Made by a program: the position numbers and the translations under genes
Shown here: positions 1 to 12,994 of the stretch, one piece after another
How the letters are laid out: each line of letters begins with the position of its first letter
Position numbering within the stretch: the stretch's first letter is position 1
Source: Lingula anatina
Lineage: Eukaryota > Animalia > Brachiopoda
Length of the DNA stretch: 64,000 bases
Direction: 5' to 3'
Assembly (NCBI GenBank): GCA_051362555.1
Contig: CM120648.1
Location: forward strand, 4,522,587 to 4,586,586
The notes under the pieces: generated by a model
Told to the model about the DNA's origin: nothing
Database searches by the model: none
Seen by the model: the letters and a program-made list of their open reading frames with translations, nothing else

Positions 1-95
1 GCTGGAGCAAGCGCATTCATATGGACCCCTCCCCCCCCAAAAAAAAGAGACACCACCACCAGTCTTGTGCTTGACAAGCTCTATAAAATGCAATC

Positions 96-1530
96 AACAA
101 GAATTCTCAAAATATGCAAAAAAAAAATATAACCAAAAATGGTACAATCAAAATTCAGTTCATCATAAAAAGAAGGTCAAAGGTCAATTTTAAGGTCACA
201 GTAAATTGCCAGTATATGACTTCCTATTCAAGTTCAATAGAAACTATGGACCTATCTCTGCCAGTTTTGAAGATAAAAGGAAACCAAATTTTATAAAGTT
301 CAATTCATGATGAAAAGTAGGTCAAAGGTCAATTTTTAGGTCACAGTAAATTGCCAGTATATGACTTCCTATTCAAATTCAATAGTAACTATGGGCGTAT
401 CTTTGCCAGTTTTGAAAGTATAAGCATTAAAAAAGTTGCAAAGTTCAGTTTAAGGTGTAAAGTAGGTCAAAGGTCAATTTCAAGATCAAAGTAAGATTAC
501 CAGTATATAACTTCCTATTCAACTTCAATAGTAACTATGGACCTATCTCTGCCAGGTATGGAGTTAAAAGGGAAATGAATTAGCAGAGTTCAGTTCATGA
601 TAAAAAGTAGGTCAAAGGTCAATTTCAAGGTCACACTTAGATTGTCATTATATGACTTCCTATTCAACTTTAATAGTAACTATTGACCTATCTCTGCCAG
701 TTTTGGAGATAAAAGGGAACCATATTTGCAAAGTTCAATTCATGATGAAAAGTAGGTCAAAGGTCAATTTCAAGGGCACACTCAGATTGCCAGTATATGA
801 CTTCCTATTCAACTTTAATAGTAACTATTGACCTATCTCTGACAGTTTTGGAGATATAAGGGACTAAATGTTACAATTCTGAGTTACAATAATGTGCCAC
901 CACAATGTATTTTTTAATACAGCATAACACGAAAACCGTATGAAATACAAAAAAAAAACAGAGACCACCAACAATGTTGGGCAAAGGGTAACACTTTCCT
1001 ATAATATTATTGGTTAAGTCTGTGTAGTGTCTGAATAACAGCGCAAATAATTTTTTTTTTGTAAAAAATTTCGTTTTTTTGAAAATTTTGGCCCGTTTGA
1101 CCTTGAAATAAAGGTCAAAGGTCATATCCAAGGGCATATTTGAAATCTACACGTATGACTTTTGGAAAGCCGTCTGTAGAAATTTTTCCCATAATTCCTT
1201 CCGTAGGGTAGATAATTGGCATTGAATTTTCAAAAATTTTGACAAGGGTGCATTTCAACGAGCGTCACACCCATGTCAATGCACCGACTGAGACAAAAAA
1301 ACCTGGGGGTTCAAGTTGAGGTTATATGTGACCTAAATCCAAGAGATGGGGACAGTGGTCCTTGCAGTCTAGGAGGAGAAACGGTAATGGTGACTTGTAT
1401 CCGGCGCCAGTACGCGGAGCTGGCAGAGCTCACGGAGCTGGCGGAGCCAGCAGAGCCAACGGAGCCGGACGAGACGGGTCAGGACTTAAACCATGAGTAC
1501 CACCAGCGTACACGCTGGTGGTACTAATTA
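96..1530. mobile_element. Non-autonomous Helentron/HINE-like element: tandem core repeats, 9-bp microsatellite and terminal stem-loop
   Basis: Five 145-bp monomers (~150-870), a degenerate GCGGAGCTG-type repeat at ~1410-1475 and a perfect 14-bp stem AGTACCACCAGCGT-AC-ACGCTGGTGGTACT at 1496-1525. This layout is typical of Helentron-associated elements. The left boundary is uncertain. Confidence 0.6.
150..870 (+). repeat. Tandem array of five 145-bp monomers
   Basis: AGGTCAAAGGTCAATTT recurs at 174, 319, 464, 609 and 754 (exact 145-bp period), each followed by a conserved GACTTCCTATTCAA...AATAGTAACTATGGACCTATCTCTGCCAG block. Confidence 0.95.
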
Positions 1531-1711
1531 TAAAATAACTTCTGTGTGAAATATCAAGAAAAGTACTTGTGAAAGAGTTTTAATTGTAAAACAAGAACAA
1601 CTTTTGTTGAAAAGGGAGGGAATACGTAGCCTTCATACTTATAAATTCACCTATGTTGTTCTCAATATTACATTTTACTGAAATACTGTACAAGTAGGCT
1701 GTTACTAATAC

Positions 1712-2242
1712 CTCCAAAAATCCATAATGGTCTTGCAGCACTCCCTTTATCACCTTGGCATCATTGTTGGCTGACTGTCCTACATGGTTACTGCCCAATT
1801 TTAACTGCTCACCAACACCTAGGACATGAATTAATTATAACTTTCTAATAAAAAAATCCATATACATGTACATGAATTTCAGACACGTGATCCATATTAA
1901 TATGTAATACTTGTATTACTGTGTGTTGTTTGCATACAGGGCATGTTTGTGTGTGTGTGTGTGTGTCTGTTTGTGTGTGTATGTAAGTACCTGTCTACAG
2001 TATTCTGTAAATAATTATAACTTAAAGGTAACACTTAAACTGAGGCAGAAGTGATTTGTATAAACACATGTTCACGAGCACATGCATGTTCTTAGTATGG
2101 ACAAGGACATACCTACACAGACTGCAAAGCTGACCTTGGGGTCATAGGTCAAGGTCTCTGCTGGGGCCAGACTGACCATGACCCAGCGCCCTGTTCCACT
2201 GAGCTTGGTATCCAGTGGCTGCCTAGACTTCTCATTGCCCAT
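1712..2242 (-). CDS. N-terminal exons of a putative caspase/metacaspase-like (peptidase C14) protein; gene continues left of the window
   Basis: Exons 2242-2113 and 1818-1712 join in frame (GT-AG) to give MGNEKSRQPLDTKLSGTGRWVMVSLAPAETLTYDPKVSFAVCVGVGEQLKLGSNHVGQSANNDAKVIKGVLQDHYGFLE. This resembles the C14 N-terminal pattern A(L/V)xIGx...NDAxxxxxxLxxxYGF. MGxxxS myristoylation consensus. Probable upstream 5'UTR exon with donor at 2856. Confidence 0.5.
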
Positions 2243-2899
2243 TGCTTTATTAGGTCAGCTGTGGATTCCCTGTGTAAAAAGGTGCTATTGGTAGACCTGT
2301 AGGAGGAATACATGTATGTCAAAATGAATACTGAACTATTTGAAATTAAAATACAAAAGAAGTAATCTGACAGTGGGCTCCTGACCCATCAAACCATCAT
2401 TCAAAAATGAAATTTGTCTTTCTTACGTAATACGAATATGAATACGTATATGAATACGAATAGCTCTAACAGGGCAACAGATTGAACTTTCACACGATAT
2501 TCATAAATATATGTTTTTACAGTAGATCAATAGACGGGAAGTCGTTTGATTCTCTGGCTTTTTGAAAATCTGCCTATAATATCCGCCAACCTGGTACAGA
2601 GTGCAGTATGAGAACTAAGACATAACTATGTAATGTCTGCCTGCACTACAAAATCATATAATTTATCATTATTATTAATAATATTTATTATATTAACTAA
2701 AATTTGGATAATATACCGGTACATGTAAATAATGACAGCCACTTTGTCATACAAATTAAATTGAGAGACGTATCAAATATTCGTAAATATACAAAATTCA
2801 ACAATTTAATATACAAATTATTCTTGTCGCAAAGTCGTTGCAGTGTTTAGGCCTACCTGTTCATTCCTGTGATTCATCCGCCGAATTCTGACACTTCCT

Positions 2900-3207
2900 C
2901 TTTCATTTTCATAATATTGTTTTGGTACCTATACAGAGCTGTATGTATTTTGATAGGTTAGTTTTATACAACTAAAAGGTTCACGTATTTTGATACATGT
3001 AAATTTTATATAAGCGATTAATATATAGGTGAGTTTTTAATACGCATTTGTACATATTTCTGTTTTGATGGATTTAATAATTTAATCCAGTATACAGAAT
3101 AAGCGAAACTACATATTACATAGAGGTTCCACTTCGTATGAAGTATTTCCGTTTGTAGAAAGTTTTTATGTATTTCTCGTGCAGAAAAGATCTTTCCAAA
3201 TGCAGTC
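2900..3207. promoter_or_regulatory. Probable bidirectional promoter between the C14-like gene (-) and PLEKHM1-like (+)
   Basis: Minus-strand donor at 2856 and plus-strand ATG at 3208 are only ~350 bp apart, head-to-head. Confidence 0.45.
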
Positions 3208-6200
3208 ATGAGTTGGTTTGGAGGAAAAGGTAAGAATTAGAGAGTAGACTTAAAATGTCCTAGGAGCGTTTATATGTAATATGAAAAAAGTACTGGAACA
3301 TGCTAGCAAACTAAAGGATCTATCTTCCAGTCGCAATTATTGGGCGAAACTTGCCTCAGTTCTCGGTCTCATATTTAACTTATACAGGTCTGTACTTGTT
3401 AACTTATGGGTAAACAGTGTTCTACAAATTATGTTAAAAAGGTGATCGCAATTTAGTGAGAATCCCCTCGGAGATAGATTGATCCACAGTTAGTGTGATA
3501 GGGTCTGGGAATGGTCTCTATACCACATTGAATACATGTATTTTCTAAGCAATAACCACTTGATTAAGAACTATATTTTAATGAAATCTGTATCTCTGGA
3601 TTCAGATCCCACACCAGAAGAGTGTGCCAAAGAAAATGCCATAAAAAGAAGAATAACCAAAGAATTTTCTCTTGCTTTGAAGAGTTTAGAGAAAGAGTTT
3701 ATCAACACAGAGGAACCCATCCATAGGTGTGTATTAAAATCTCTCTCTTTCTCTCTCTGATTATATTAAATATTACCTTCTGGCTCATGGAATGTTTTCA
3801 AGCAGAAAATTAACATAATGTTCTTTTGTAGTGGGGATACAGCCAATGCAGTTTGCAGTGCCCTGGAAGCTGTATTCCTGCATGGACTAAAAGGCTCCTT
3901 TGCTAAGAAGGCAAGTGTGTGCTTCTGTAACAAAAACATCTGTTGCATGACTAAATATGCTGTATGTCTTGTATTGAAGATTATTTTTTATATTTTACTT
4001 TTTTCTTCAGAATTTGCCAGTTTGATACCCAATCCAAATAACATTTTGTGAATTTGAAGTCAAATACTGACTGTGTACTCAGTATAAGTTAATCACCCAA
4101 TATAGCTATATAATACTTATTTATAATTTAATTAGATTAATATTTATATTTATAATATGGCACATTATTGTTTGCCTGAAAGGCTCCTTCACTAGGAAGG
4201 CAAATTTAATGTATGTTTAGATTTTTCTTTCTACTGCATGCTGTAGTTTTATTTTCTTTTACATTGTGATGTAATGTAAAAGACCATTTATGTTTTGCAG
4301 TTGCCGTTAATCAAAGTATATTTTGTGGAATTTGCATTGTTTTGTCTGTGGCTTGTGTTTTTGCATGTTACCGTTGTTCAGTTTTCCCGTACATTTCTTT
4401 CAGATGGTCAATTTTCTTGGTGGGACTCCTGATCAAAAAGCCCCCAGTGAACTGGTAGGCAGTTAGATTTGATTACATCATTACTGCTGATCATGGTCAT
4501 AGTAACAGTAATTGTTAAGTCATTGCAATTAAAATTTTAGGTCCAAAATTTTATTCTTTTTATGGAGACACAGACAAAGCAATTTTCAATCAGTTTTAAA
4601 AGCTAAGGCATTTCTTTACTTTTTAACAAAGCAAAAAAAAAATTTTTTTTCTCAGCATGTTGTTTTCTTCTCTTCTTAAAAACCATTAGTGTTGAGCAGT
4701 ATGTTGGTTGGATCTTTGATATGCTAAATTTTGTGTTTGTAAATTAGATCAGTTGTTTCTTTTGCTGCATTTTGGGGAAAAAAGAAAGTAAGTGCTGTCA
4801 GAGAGAGACAAAGGGGGCACCTCTGTGCCTCTTCAAATTATGTGTTTTTTATTTCATATGACAAACCCTGCATGTAATTTGTTTTAGTTTTGCATAATAA
4901 TTTAATTGGCCTAAATGTTGTTTTAATTATTATTATTATTTTTTTTTTTTAGAAAATTTTACTGTTGTTTGTTGATAATTGCTTCCATTTACTAGTAGTA
5001 ATTTCTGAATAGTTCAAGTTTACTAAAAGCTGTGTTACAACTATTATATTCTGAACATGTTGATGTAATATATACTGTGGCATGATTTGACTGTCCTTAA
5101 TTGTTTAAATATATCAATGTGCCTGTGGTGTACTAGTTGGCACAATAAGGACAAGTACAAAGAAAACATATCTCTGTAGATCAATATCTTAGTCAACTGT
5201 TCATAACCCTAGCAGTATGTTTTGAGGGCCATTCTCAATAATGGAATGTGAATATTATAACACCACCCTAACTGTCTATTATTTAATTAATATTTAATTA
5301 ATTTTCTGTCCAATTTCAGAATTTTTGGAAGTTCTTGACTGCCTTCACTCACCAAGATGTGATTTCCCAGTTGAACCACTTGGGGCAGATAACTACAGAG
5401 ATTGGAATGTGCCGGGTGAGCTGTCTCAACTAACACAGTCTTATGTTTGCATTTATGTATGTAATGTAATGCTGCCAAAACTACCACAATGGCATTCCTG
5501 TCACATCTGGCACAATCTTGCATCACAACTAATGCAATGATACTCCTGTCACACCTAACAAAATTTTATATTATTTATTACTATCACAACCAAATTATTG
5601 AGCAGGATATTTTTATTATTATAATTATTGTTGGTTAACTGTCATGCCATTATTTAAGAATAAGCTTTGAATGCAAGGATAGACAGAAAAACTTTGTGCT
5701 AGTGTATTTTGACCAGCCTACTTTCGACATCTATTTTAGTCTTGGATCAGAATTGCTCTAAATGATGGGATATTGGAGAGTTACCTTGAGGCTATGATCA
5801 ATGAACAGAGCACAGTCAAGTAAGTATCAAACATGCTGAAAACTTTGAGAAAAAAAGCCAGACATGTGGATTGGCAGTTATGAAAGATTTGCCAGACTAA
5901 AGGACATTTTGCCAGACAGACATTAATTTAAAAAATGGCAGCTACATGTACCAACTTTGTTGCTGGTCTCTTAGCCTGACTATACCTTTGAGTACTTGAA
6001 AACTGATTCATAACCTGTAGGATTAACTTTGGCTTAGGTCTTTTTCTTGTTAGGATACCTATTCTTTTTGCTTTGGATTGTAATAATATTGCAGCATCTA
6101 AAGTTAAAGATATTAGTCCTGTTTTTTTCTTACCCAGATACTGGTACAGAAGGACAGCCTTCCTGAGAGACCCTGAACAGCCAGGGATACTGAAGACATA

Positions 6201-9200
6201 CTTACAAGGTATTCTATGTTTATTTTACTCAGTATTGACGTTTATGCATAGAAACAGGTGGAGCAGATCAGTCTAGTAGGGCAGAGAGAATGTAGCAAAC
6301 CCAGCCCCCTCCCAAAAGAAAAAAAATAGATGTCATGTGAAACAGATGAAGCATTGTGCCTACCCCTTTAATACAATCCTAGATTTGTTATTGCTTGTAA
6401 TATCATGAGCTCTCCAGGAATCAATATTCCTGCATATAGTTTTTTTCAGGTGATCCAAAAGTTCCAAGACTTATCCTCAGTTTTGATGTACTGTTCCAGG
6501 TCTGGCATCTTTCAAGTTCCAGCTGTCGTATAATTCCAGTGTGCTCAACGTATGGACAATCACACCCTTGATTCTCGTGGGAATATGGACGCCGCCAGAG
6601 ACGCCAGCACCAGTGGTGCCTGAAGCTATCAAGAGTAAGATATTTGGTGTTATAATTACATTATCATTTTTGCCTGTGAGGGGATTATAATGTTTTTATC
6701 GGTTTTGGTTTGTCTTTTTATTTGTCTGTTTATAGATTAGATAACTGAATAAGTTTTTAACAAATTTGGATGAAAGTTTCAGGAAAGGTTGTTATTCAGG
6801 AGGAGAAGGGGTGCAGATAACACTTCTAACTGAATACAAGTCTGATGCTTTAAAGACTATTTGATTTTTTTTATTCTTGGGGGGGGGTCTGTGGTCTTGA
6901 AGTGCTCTCAAATTATTTCATGTTTTCATTTTCTAGGAAAGTCTTCACAGATCAAGCCAACGTCCACCTCAAAGGCACTGACCACAGAAAACTCACAGCC
7001 ACCAGGTGGCAGTCCTGTCCAGGTACATTCAAAAAGACGCTCCAGATCCAGAGTTGACAGCACAGGTAAGTTCTTATTTTAAGAGTACCCTCTCCTGACA
7101 TTTGCCATTACCGTGTAACAACAGTTTCAGGGAAAATCATTTGTGCGAGTTTCAGAAATGTGTCAAGATGGTTGACAGGTGGCGAAGTTGGTCAGCGGGT
7201 GATAAAAAATGTTATTTATGGCATCATTAATTCATGCCATTTTTTGTTAAAAAGTGATCAAAAAGTATCACTTGTTCTGAGATAATATTCGTAAGAAATG
7301 GTTTATGTATTTTTTAGTAAAAATGTGTGTTTCAAATCATAATCTCTTTTAGTTGGTTTGATGGATCCTAGTCTTACTTCTGATAGTTTTAAGATATATT
7401 CTATACTAAGACATCAGGGATATTCATGGAGATCAGTGTATTGTTTTCTATTGATAGGATCCTCTTCCCAAACTGGCGAGCCTAACCAAAGCAGTGAGGG
7501 CAAACTACCTCTCAGCAGCTCATGGGATGACATAGAAATAGATGGCAGCACTCCACAAGACAAGACTGGGACCATTAACACCAACATCTCCCAAGGTGGC
7601 AGTGCTCATCAAGATGGGCTTCAGATCACCAACAGAGATCTAGATGATATCAGAAGACAAGGAAGGCAAGGACCTGGGAGTGATGTTGGTTCCGAGTGTT
7701 CCACTGCTGACAGCCATTCTTCCTGTCCAGACCCTAATGGCCTCAGAGGAAGCTACAGGTACTGGTCACCCCCCAGAGATTTGGGAGAGGGGTCATCCTG
7801 TACCTCATCAGCTTTCAAGAATGAAGGTTTTGGATATTTGAGTGACTTTTGATACCTTTAAAAGTGTCAGTTACATGATCCAGTGAGGTGGCCTTGAGCA
7901 AGTTTGGTTTAAAACATTTCACTACTGACCTATGATAAAATCTTTTTCGTTATTGATACTGCAGTAACTGTAACGTTTACCTTCACTATGTTTCTTGAAT
8001 CTATATTTCAGTTGGTACAGAATAATAATTTTGGTTTCAGGTCAGAGGGTTCATTCCTCCAGGCTGGCAGTTTGCCAGAAGCTGTAGGTCAAGGTCACAT
8101 GAAGCAGTTTGCAGATGAACTGAGGAGAGAATCGGTGGAGGAAAGGATCCTGAGGGCAAGTGAAGAGGTACGAGTGGCCAGTCAGTTTGATTATGGCTGG
8201 CTGGTTTAGGTGATAGGGGGAGGCATATCATTAAAAAATACATATATACATCACTTGTTAGAATTTTGTTGAAGCATTTGTCATCATTTGTAGTTTCCAT
8301 TTTACGCTTGTCAGAATGTTTTCCTTTGAGTGAAATGGGTAGCTGCTGTCAACACCAAAATTAGAATTAATTAAATTGCGTCTTCATATGTTACAGTAAC
8401 AATCTAAAAGTTTAACTAAAATGGAAGATTAGATCAATTTTAACCAAGATATTGTTTTTGCTCTATCTAGGTGGTAAAGGCTCAAATTAATGAGGTAAGA
8501 ATGTCTCAGGATGATGAGGGACAGATTTTTCCAAGTAAACCATCAGAAGAAAATTTTCCAAAAGCAACAGAACCCCATCTGGCACAATCTCCTGGAGGTA
8601 CAACCGCCCTAGAAGGCTCCGATTTAGTTGCCAAGCAACCTGTACCCATAGCAGCCAATGACCAAGATGAGACCAAACCTATATCTATAGCTGCACCATT
8701 TGGCCACAAGAGGCAGAAATCTGGTCCTCTAGAACCTGTGATTACTACAGCGGAGGCTGTAACTATTGACACATACTCCCATGAAGAGGAAGACATAGTC
8801 ACGCTGAGGGGGAGACTGGGATCTTCCATATATGAGAGTGACACTCTTCGGGCCAGGGCAGACACCATTGATTTTGCCACAGAAACTGATCAAACTGAGG
8901 TATCAGATTTACTTTTTTTTATTTTTTCATTTTTTTTTTTTTTGTGTGTGTGTATGTTATGTGTGAAATTTTAGATGGGATAGTTATGAATATTATGATT
9001 AGAGTTATTTTAAAATGACATCAGATTCTTCAGATTGGAAAGATGTGAAAAGAAATGTCAATAAATGTTGAAAAATACCACTGTCTTCCACCAAAAATAA
9101 AATGACACCTTTTTGAATGAAAAACTGAGATTAGAAGATTTGAGATCGGCATTACAGTAGACCTTGTCATTTTTCAGGACCAAACCCCCTCAAGTGGCCT

Positions 9201-12200
9201 CCCCAAGCATCACAGTGTTGGCAACAGTCTGGGTAAGATGACTGGATGGTCCACCTCTTTTGAAGACAATTACTTGAACAAAGACTTCATTCAAGACTCT
9301 GCCCCTTGTGAGGGGAGTGGCCAAGTTACCACAGAGACTGATAGAATGATTGGCGGCTCTGGTGAGAAGGTGAAGGACACTGGTGAGGAACAATCTGGGA
9401 TCCCCATCAGAAAGGAAATACGTAAGTAGAGCCTGGTAGCAGACATTTAATTATTTTATTTTGATTATTAATTATTCATTTATTGTTTAAAATTTTGTAT
9501 ATTTGTAGAAAACATTCAAATAAATTACCTAGATGAGGATGATCTTGAAGTTTGAGTAGACATAGGTAGACTTTCAGCCTCGATTACGGGGAGCCAATTT
9601 TATTGTCTAAAATTTTTCTAAAAAGCAAAGCAAAGTAACACAAAGTAATGCAAAGAACTGCACAAAGTACCAATGCAAATAGCCCCAAGTTTGTGAAATG
9701 TTTTCTTTTTTGTTTCACAGACAGCTACCAGAGTGTGGTTGGAGACTACACGCCCTCTGGTGGCCACGGAATGCCAGGCTCCAGTCTTAACAATGTTCTG
9801 GAAAATTTGAACCTTGGCTCACAAGTTCTAAGGGAAAGTGCAATTAAGGTATTCTAAGCTGGAATATCACTGATTATTACAAGATATTTTCTTTTTCTAT
9901 TAATTTTTTTCCCAAGAAATCGAGGACAAAGTGGCGAATTAAAAAGATCCTCTTTTGAATCATTCTTAGTTGGTGTTTTCCATACCCATAATAATCAACC
10001 AGTACCCCAGGGTAACTCGATTGTCTTTATTCTTTCCAGTGGAAGAACACCAACATTAAAACTCTCAATAACTTTTTGGTATCCATTTTACATCCTGTAT
10101 AGTTTGTAAATTTCTCTGTCAGGGTCCGTCTTCCTGCTCAAGTTCTACTGAGCCATTTCCGCAGGACTTTGAAGTGCTCACCAAAAGTGGGTCATTTGGC
10201 GAGGAAGGGCAGAGACCAGTAAGTCCTGATAGGAAATAAATTTATTTTGGTGATTACTAAATGTCTGAATTGCAACCAGTAAGCCTAGAATTTTTTTATG
10301 TTTGAAAAAGATGCTTTCAACGCTGATTTGCTTTAAAAAGAAATATCTTCATACGTTACTTATTTTATTGGTTCCATTTTACTACACAGTTTACAATTTT
10401 CTTGTCAGAAACAGGTTATAGTTTTTGTAGAAAGCTAACTTCTTTGGTTAAAGCTAACTTCTTGGCTAAAGAAAAAAAAATTGATATGTGATTGCATTTT
10501 CAAACTCGTTGATAATATCAGTGGTACATGTATGTGTTATTGCCATAAGACGCATTCTGTCACCTATTTGGAGACTTATATTTCGATTGTTCCTGTTCCT
10601 CAGAAAACACAACAACTGATATCAGTGATAGGAAAACTGCGCACAGAGAAGGGGTTGGATCATCAGAATTACCAGTGTAAGGGTTGTGCCAGACCACTGG
10701 GCATGTGTAAGTACCCCCCCCCCCCCCCCATCTACTCTTTCTCTCTCTCAAAGACACCTGACATCAGAACCATTAATAATTCTCCAATACTTTATTTAAC
10801 ATTCAGAAATACACTGAAGATGAATATATATGCATCAGCATTGTTGTATGTTAGGATATATTCATTTTATTTCGTTTTTATTTAAGTCTATGTTTTCTTC
10901 CAGTCTATGGCAAAGCCAGGGTGTGTACATACGATGCCTGCTACTATTGCTATGAGTGCCATGAAAATGAGGAGACAACCATTCCTGCCAAGATAGTGCA
11001 CAGCTGGGACTTCAGAAAGCACAAGGGTGAATATTTTGTCTTGATTTAATCGTGAATAAACAACCTTAACTTAGTTGAAAGAAACAATCATGAAGGTTTT
11101 ATGTAGAATTTACCCAATTTATGTATAAAGTGAATAGAATAAACAACAGCTATTTGTATTTCAAACTTAAGCAGCATTGAATAAGGGATGGTGAGTAATT
11201 TAGCCAAAAAGAAAGAAGACATAGTGACTAGCATGCGAGTTTCAAAATAATGTTAATATGGAAACTTCTTCACAAAGCAAAAATAAGTTTCTGTCAAAAT
11301 CACTTTTACTTTCTGCATAATTATGCAGTTAAGCATGAACAACTTTGATGAAAGACATTTCTTGAATTATGGAATATAAATGATTATAGAAAAGGTTTAT
11401 TTTTAGTGTGCAAGTTCAACAAGGACTTTCTGGAGCAAATGGAGGATGAACCCTTGATCAACATGAAGGAGTCAAACCCCAGAATATATGAACATATTAA
11501 TGAGATGAATGATGTGAAAGTAAGCAACTTTGCTGTGTATATTTTATCCTTCTTTCTCCTATCTTCAAAGCTTTAATCTCCATCCAGCACACCTTTATTC
11601 TCCAACCTATAGCTCTTAATCTCTATCCAGCAGTACTTTCAAACCAACACTGCCCAAGTCTTCATCCATTGGTGTATTGCCATAGGAAATTTATACCTCT
11701 TCTTCAGTTTGAATTACACAAAAACTTTCAGCCAGTTGATAAAAGCAAAATATGTGGCTCAATATTCTTTTAAAGGAAAGCATGGTTATCTCTACAGATT
11801 ATGTCTTACAAAACTTCAGTATCTATTTAATTCTGTATGCCGTATTTTAAATATGCCATTAGGCTGGCCTAAAGAAAGTAAAAAAGTATAGTAAACATAT
11901 ATAGTATTATATAGTATTGCAACATGTTTGAATTCTAGCTTCTCCGTATGCAGTTACGTTACTTGAAGACATATCTGTTTACCTGTAACCAGAACATAGC
12001 TGAGGAGTTCAAGAGGATGGTCTGGCCCAAGGAGTACCTGTTTGATCACATACACCTGTACTCATTAAATGTAAGGACTGCCTTTACATCTATTAGCTGA
12101 TCAACTCAAGTGGAAGATGTGCAATAGTTATCTGTGGCATAAATATAATTCAGTAGGAGACTTTGTGACTTTGATATGTATTTTACCAAAGGTGGCCTTA

Positions 12201-12994
12201 TAGTAATTCCTTTGGTAATTTTTCACCTAGAACGTTATTTCACCATGGGGTCTTCCAGAATGAGTTAGGCAGACCTAACTTTTCCTCAATGGCATCAGTG
12301 GACCAAAGTTATTCTGAATGTCCCCTTAATTTTCCCTTCATTATTATGTGGCATTATTTAAATTCTCATAACTAACGAAAGATGCCCACATTTTGTTTAA
12401 AGTATGAAGAATTGAAAACTAATTTTAATGATATAATTGCTTTATAATATAATATAATATAATATGCTTGTGATGGGAGAAAATCTTTGCATTACAGGAT
12501 CTTTACCAAGTGCAATCAGGACAGTTAAGTCAGAGTTTGAAGAAAGTTGTCAAATGGGCAGCTAAACATGTGTACGAGTGCCGACTCTGCAGCCAGAAAG
12601 GCTTTATATGTGAAATCTGTGATAACCCAAAAGTGATATTTCCATTTGAAATTGACAGCACAATCAGGGTGAGATATTTTGAATTGTTGTTTTTCAAAAA
12701 TAAAAGAACTTCTTGGATACTTTATGTAGATTTATTTTATGAAGGTTTTAACTAGTTTAAAAATGCTTTCTATTGGTGTGTTGAAAAGAAAATATTAATG
12801 AGGTGCTAAAATATTATCTTTAAAATTAATTTTTCTTTCTTTTCCAGTGTCATAGCTGTAAAGTGGTATTCCACAAGAGCTGCAAGACGGAAGGAGTGCC
12901 ATGCCCAAAGTGTGAAAGGAAAAAGATGAGAGAAATGAAACTAGGCGTCAACATTTCAAACCATGACTATGCACATTTTCCAGATGATTTATGA
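3208..12994 (+). CDS. PLEKHM1: PLEKHM1-like Rab7 effector (RUN domain + C-terminal Rubicon-homology/zf-RING_9 domain), about 19 exons
   Basis: N-terminus MSWFGGKDPTPEECAKENAIKRRITKEFSLALKSLEKEF...DTANAVCSALEAVFLHGLK...FWKFLTAFTHQDVISQLNHLGQITTEIGMCR (RUN). C-terminus GLDHQNYQCKGCARPLG...CTYDACYYCYECH...IPAKIVHSWDFRKH...HVYECRLCSQKGFICEICDNPKVIFPFE...CHSCKVVFHKSC...CPKCERKK. Stop TGA at 12992-12994. Confidence 0.9.

Noticed and set aside
150-870. Regularly spaced repeats as a CRISPR array
   Set aside because: Whole 145-bp units are homologous with no unique spacers, there are no cas genes, and the context is eukaryotic.
1273-1527. 84-aa ORF with AEL/AEP repeats
   Set aside because: Translation of the 9-bp microsatellite within the Helentron-like element.
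3208-12994. Rubicon (RUBCN) or DEF8 instead of PLEKHM1
   Set aside because: The N-terminal RUN sequence (DTANAVCSALEAVFLHGL, ITTEIGMCR) and HVYECRLCSQKGFICEIC resemble PLEKHM1 best. DEF8 lacks a RUN domain.
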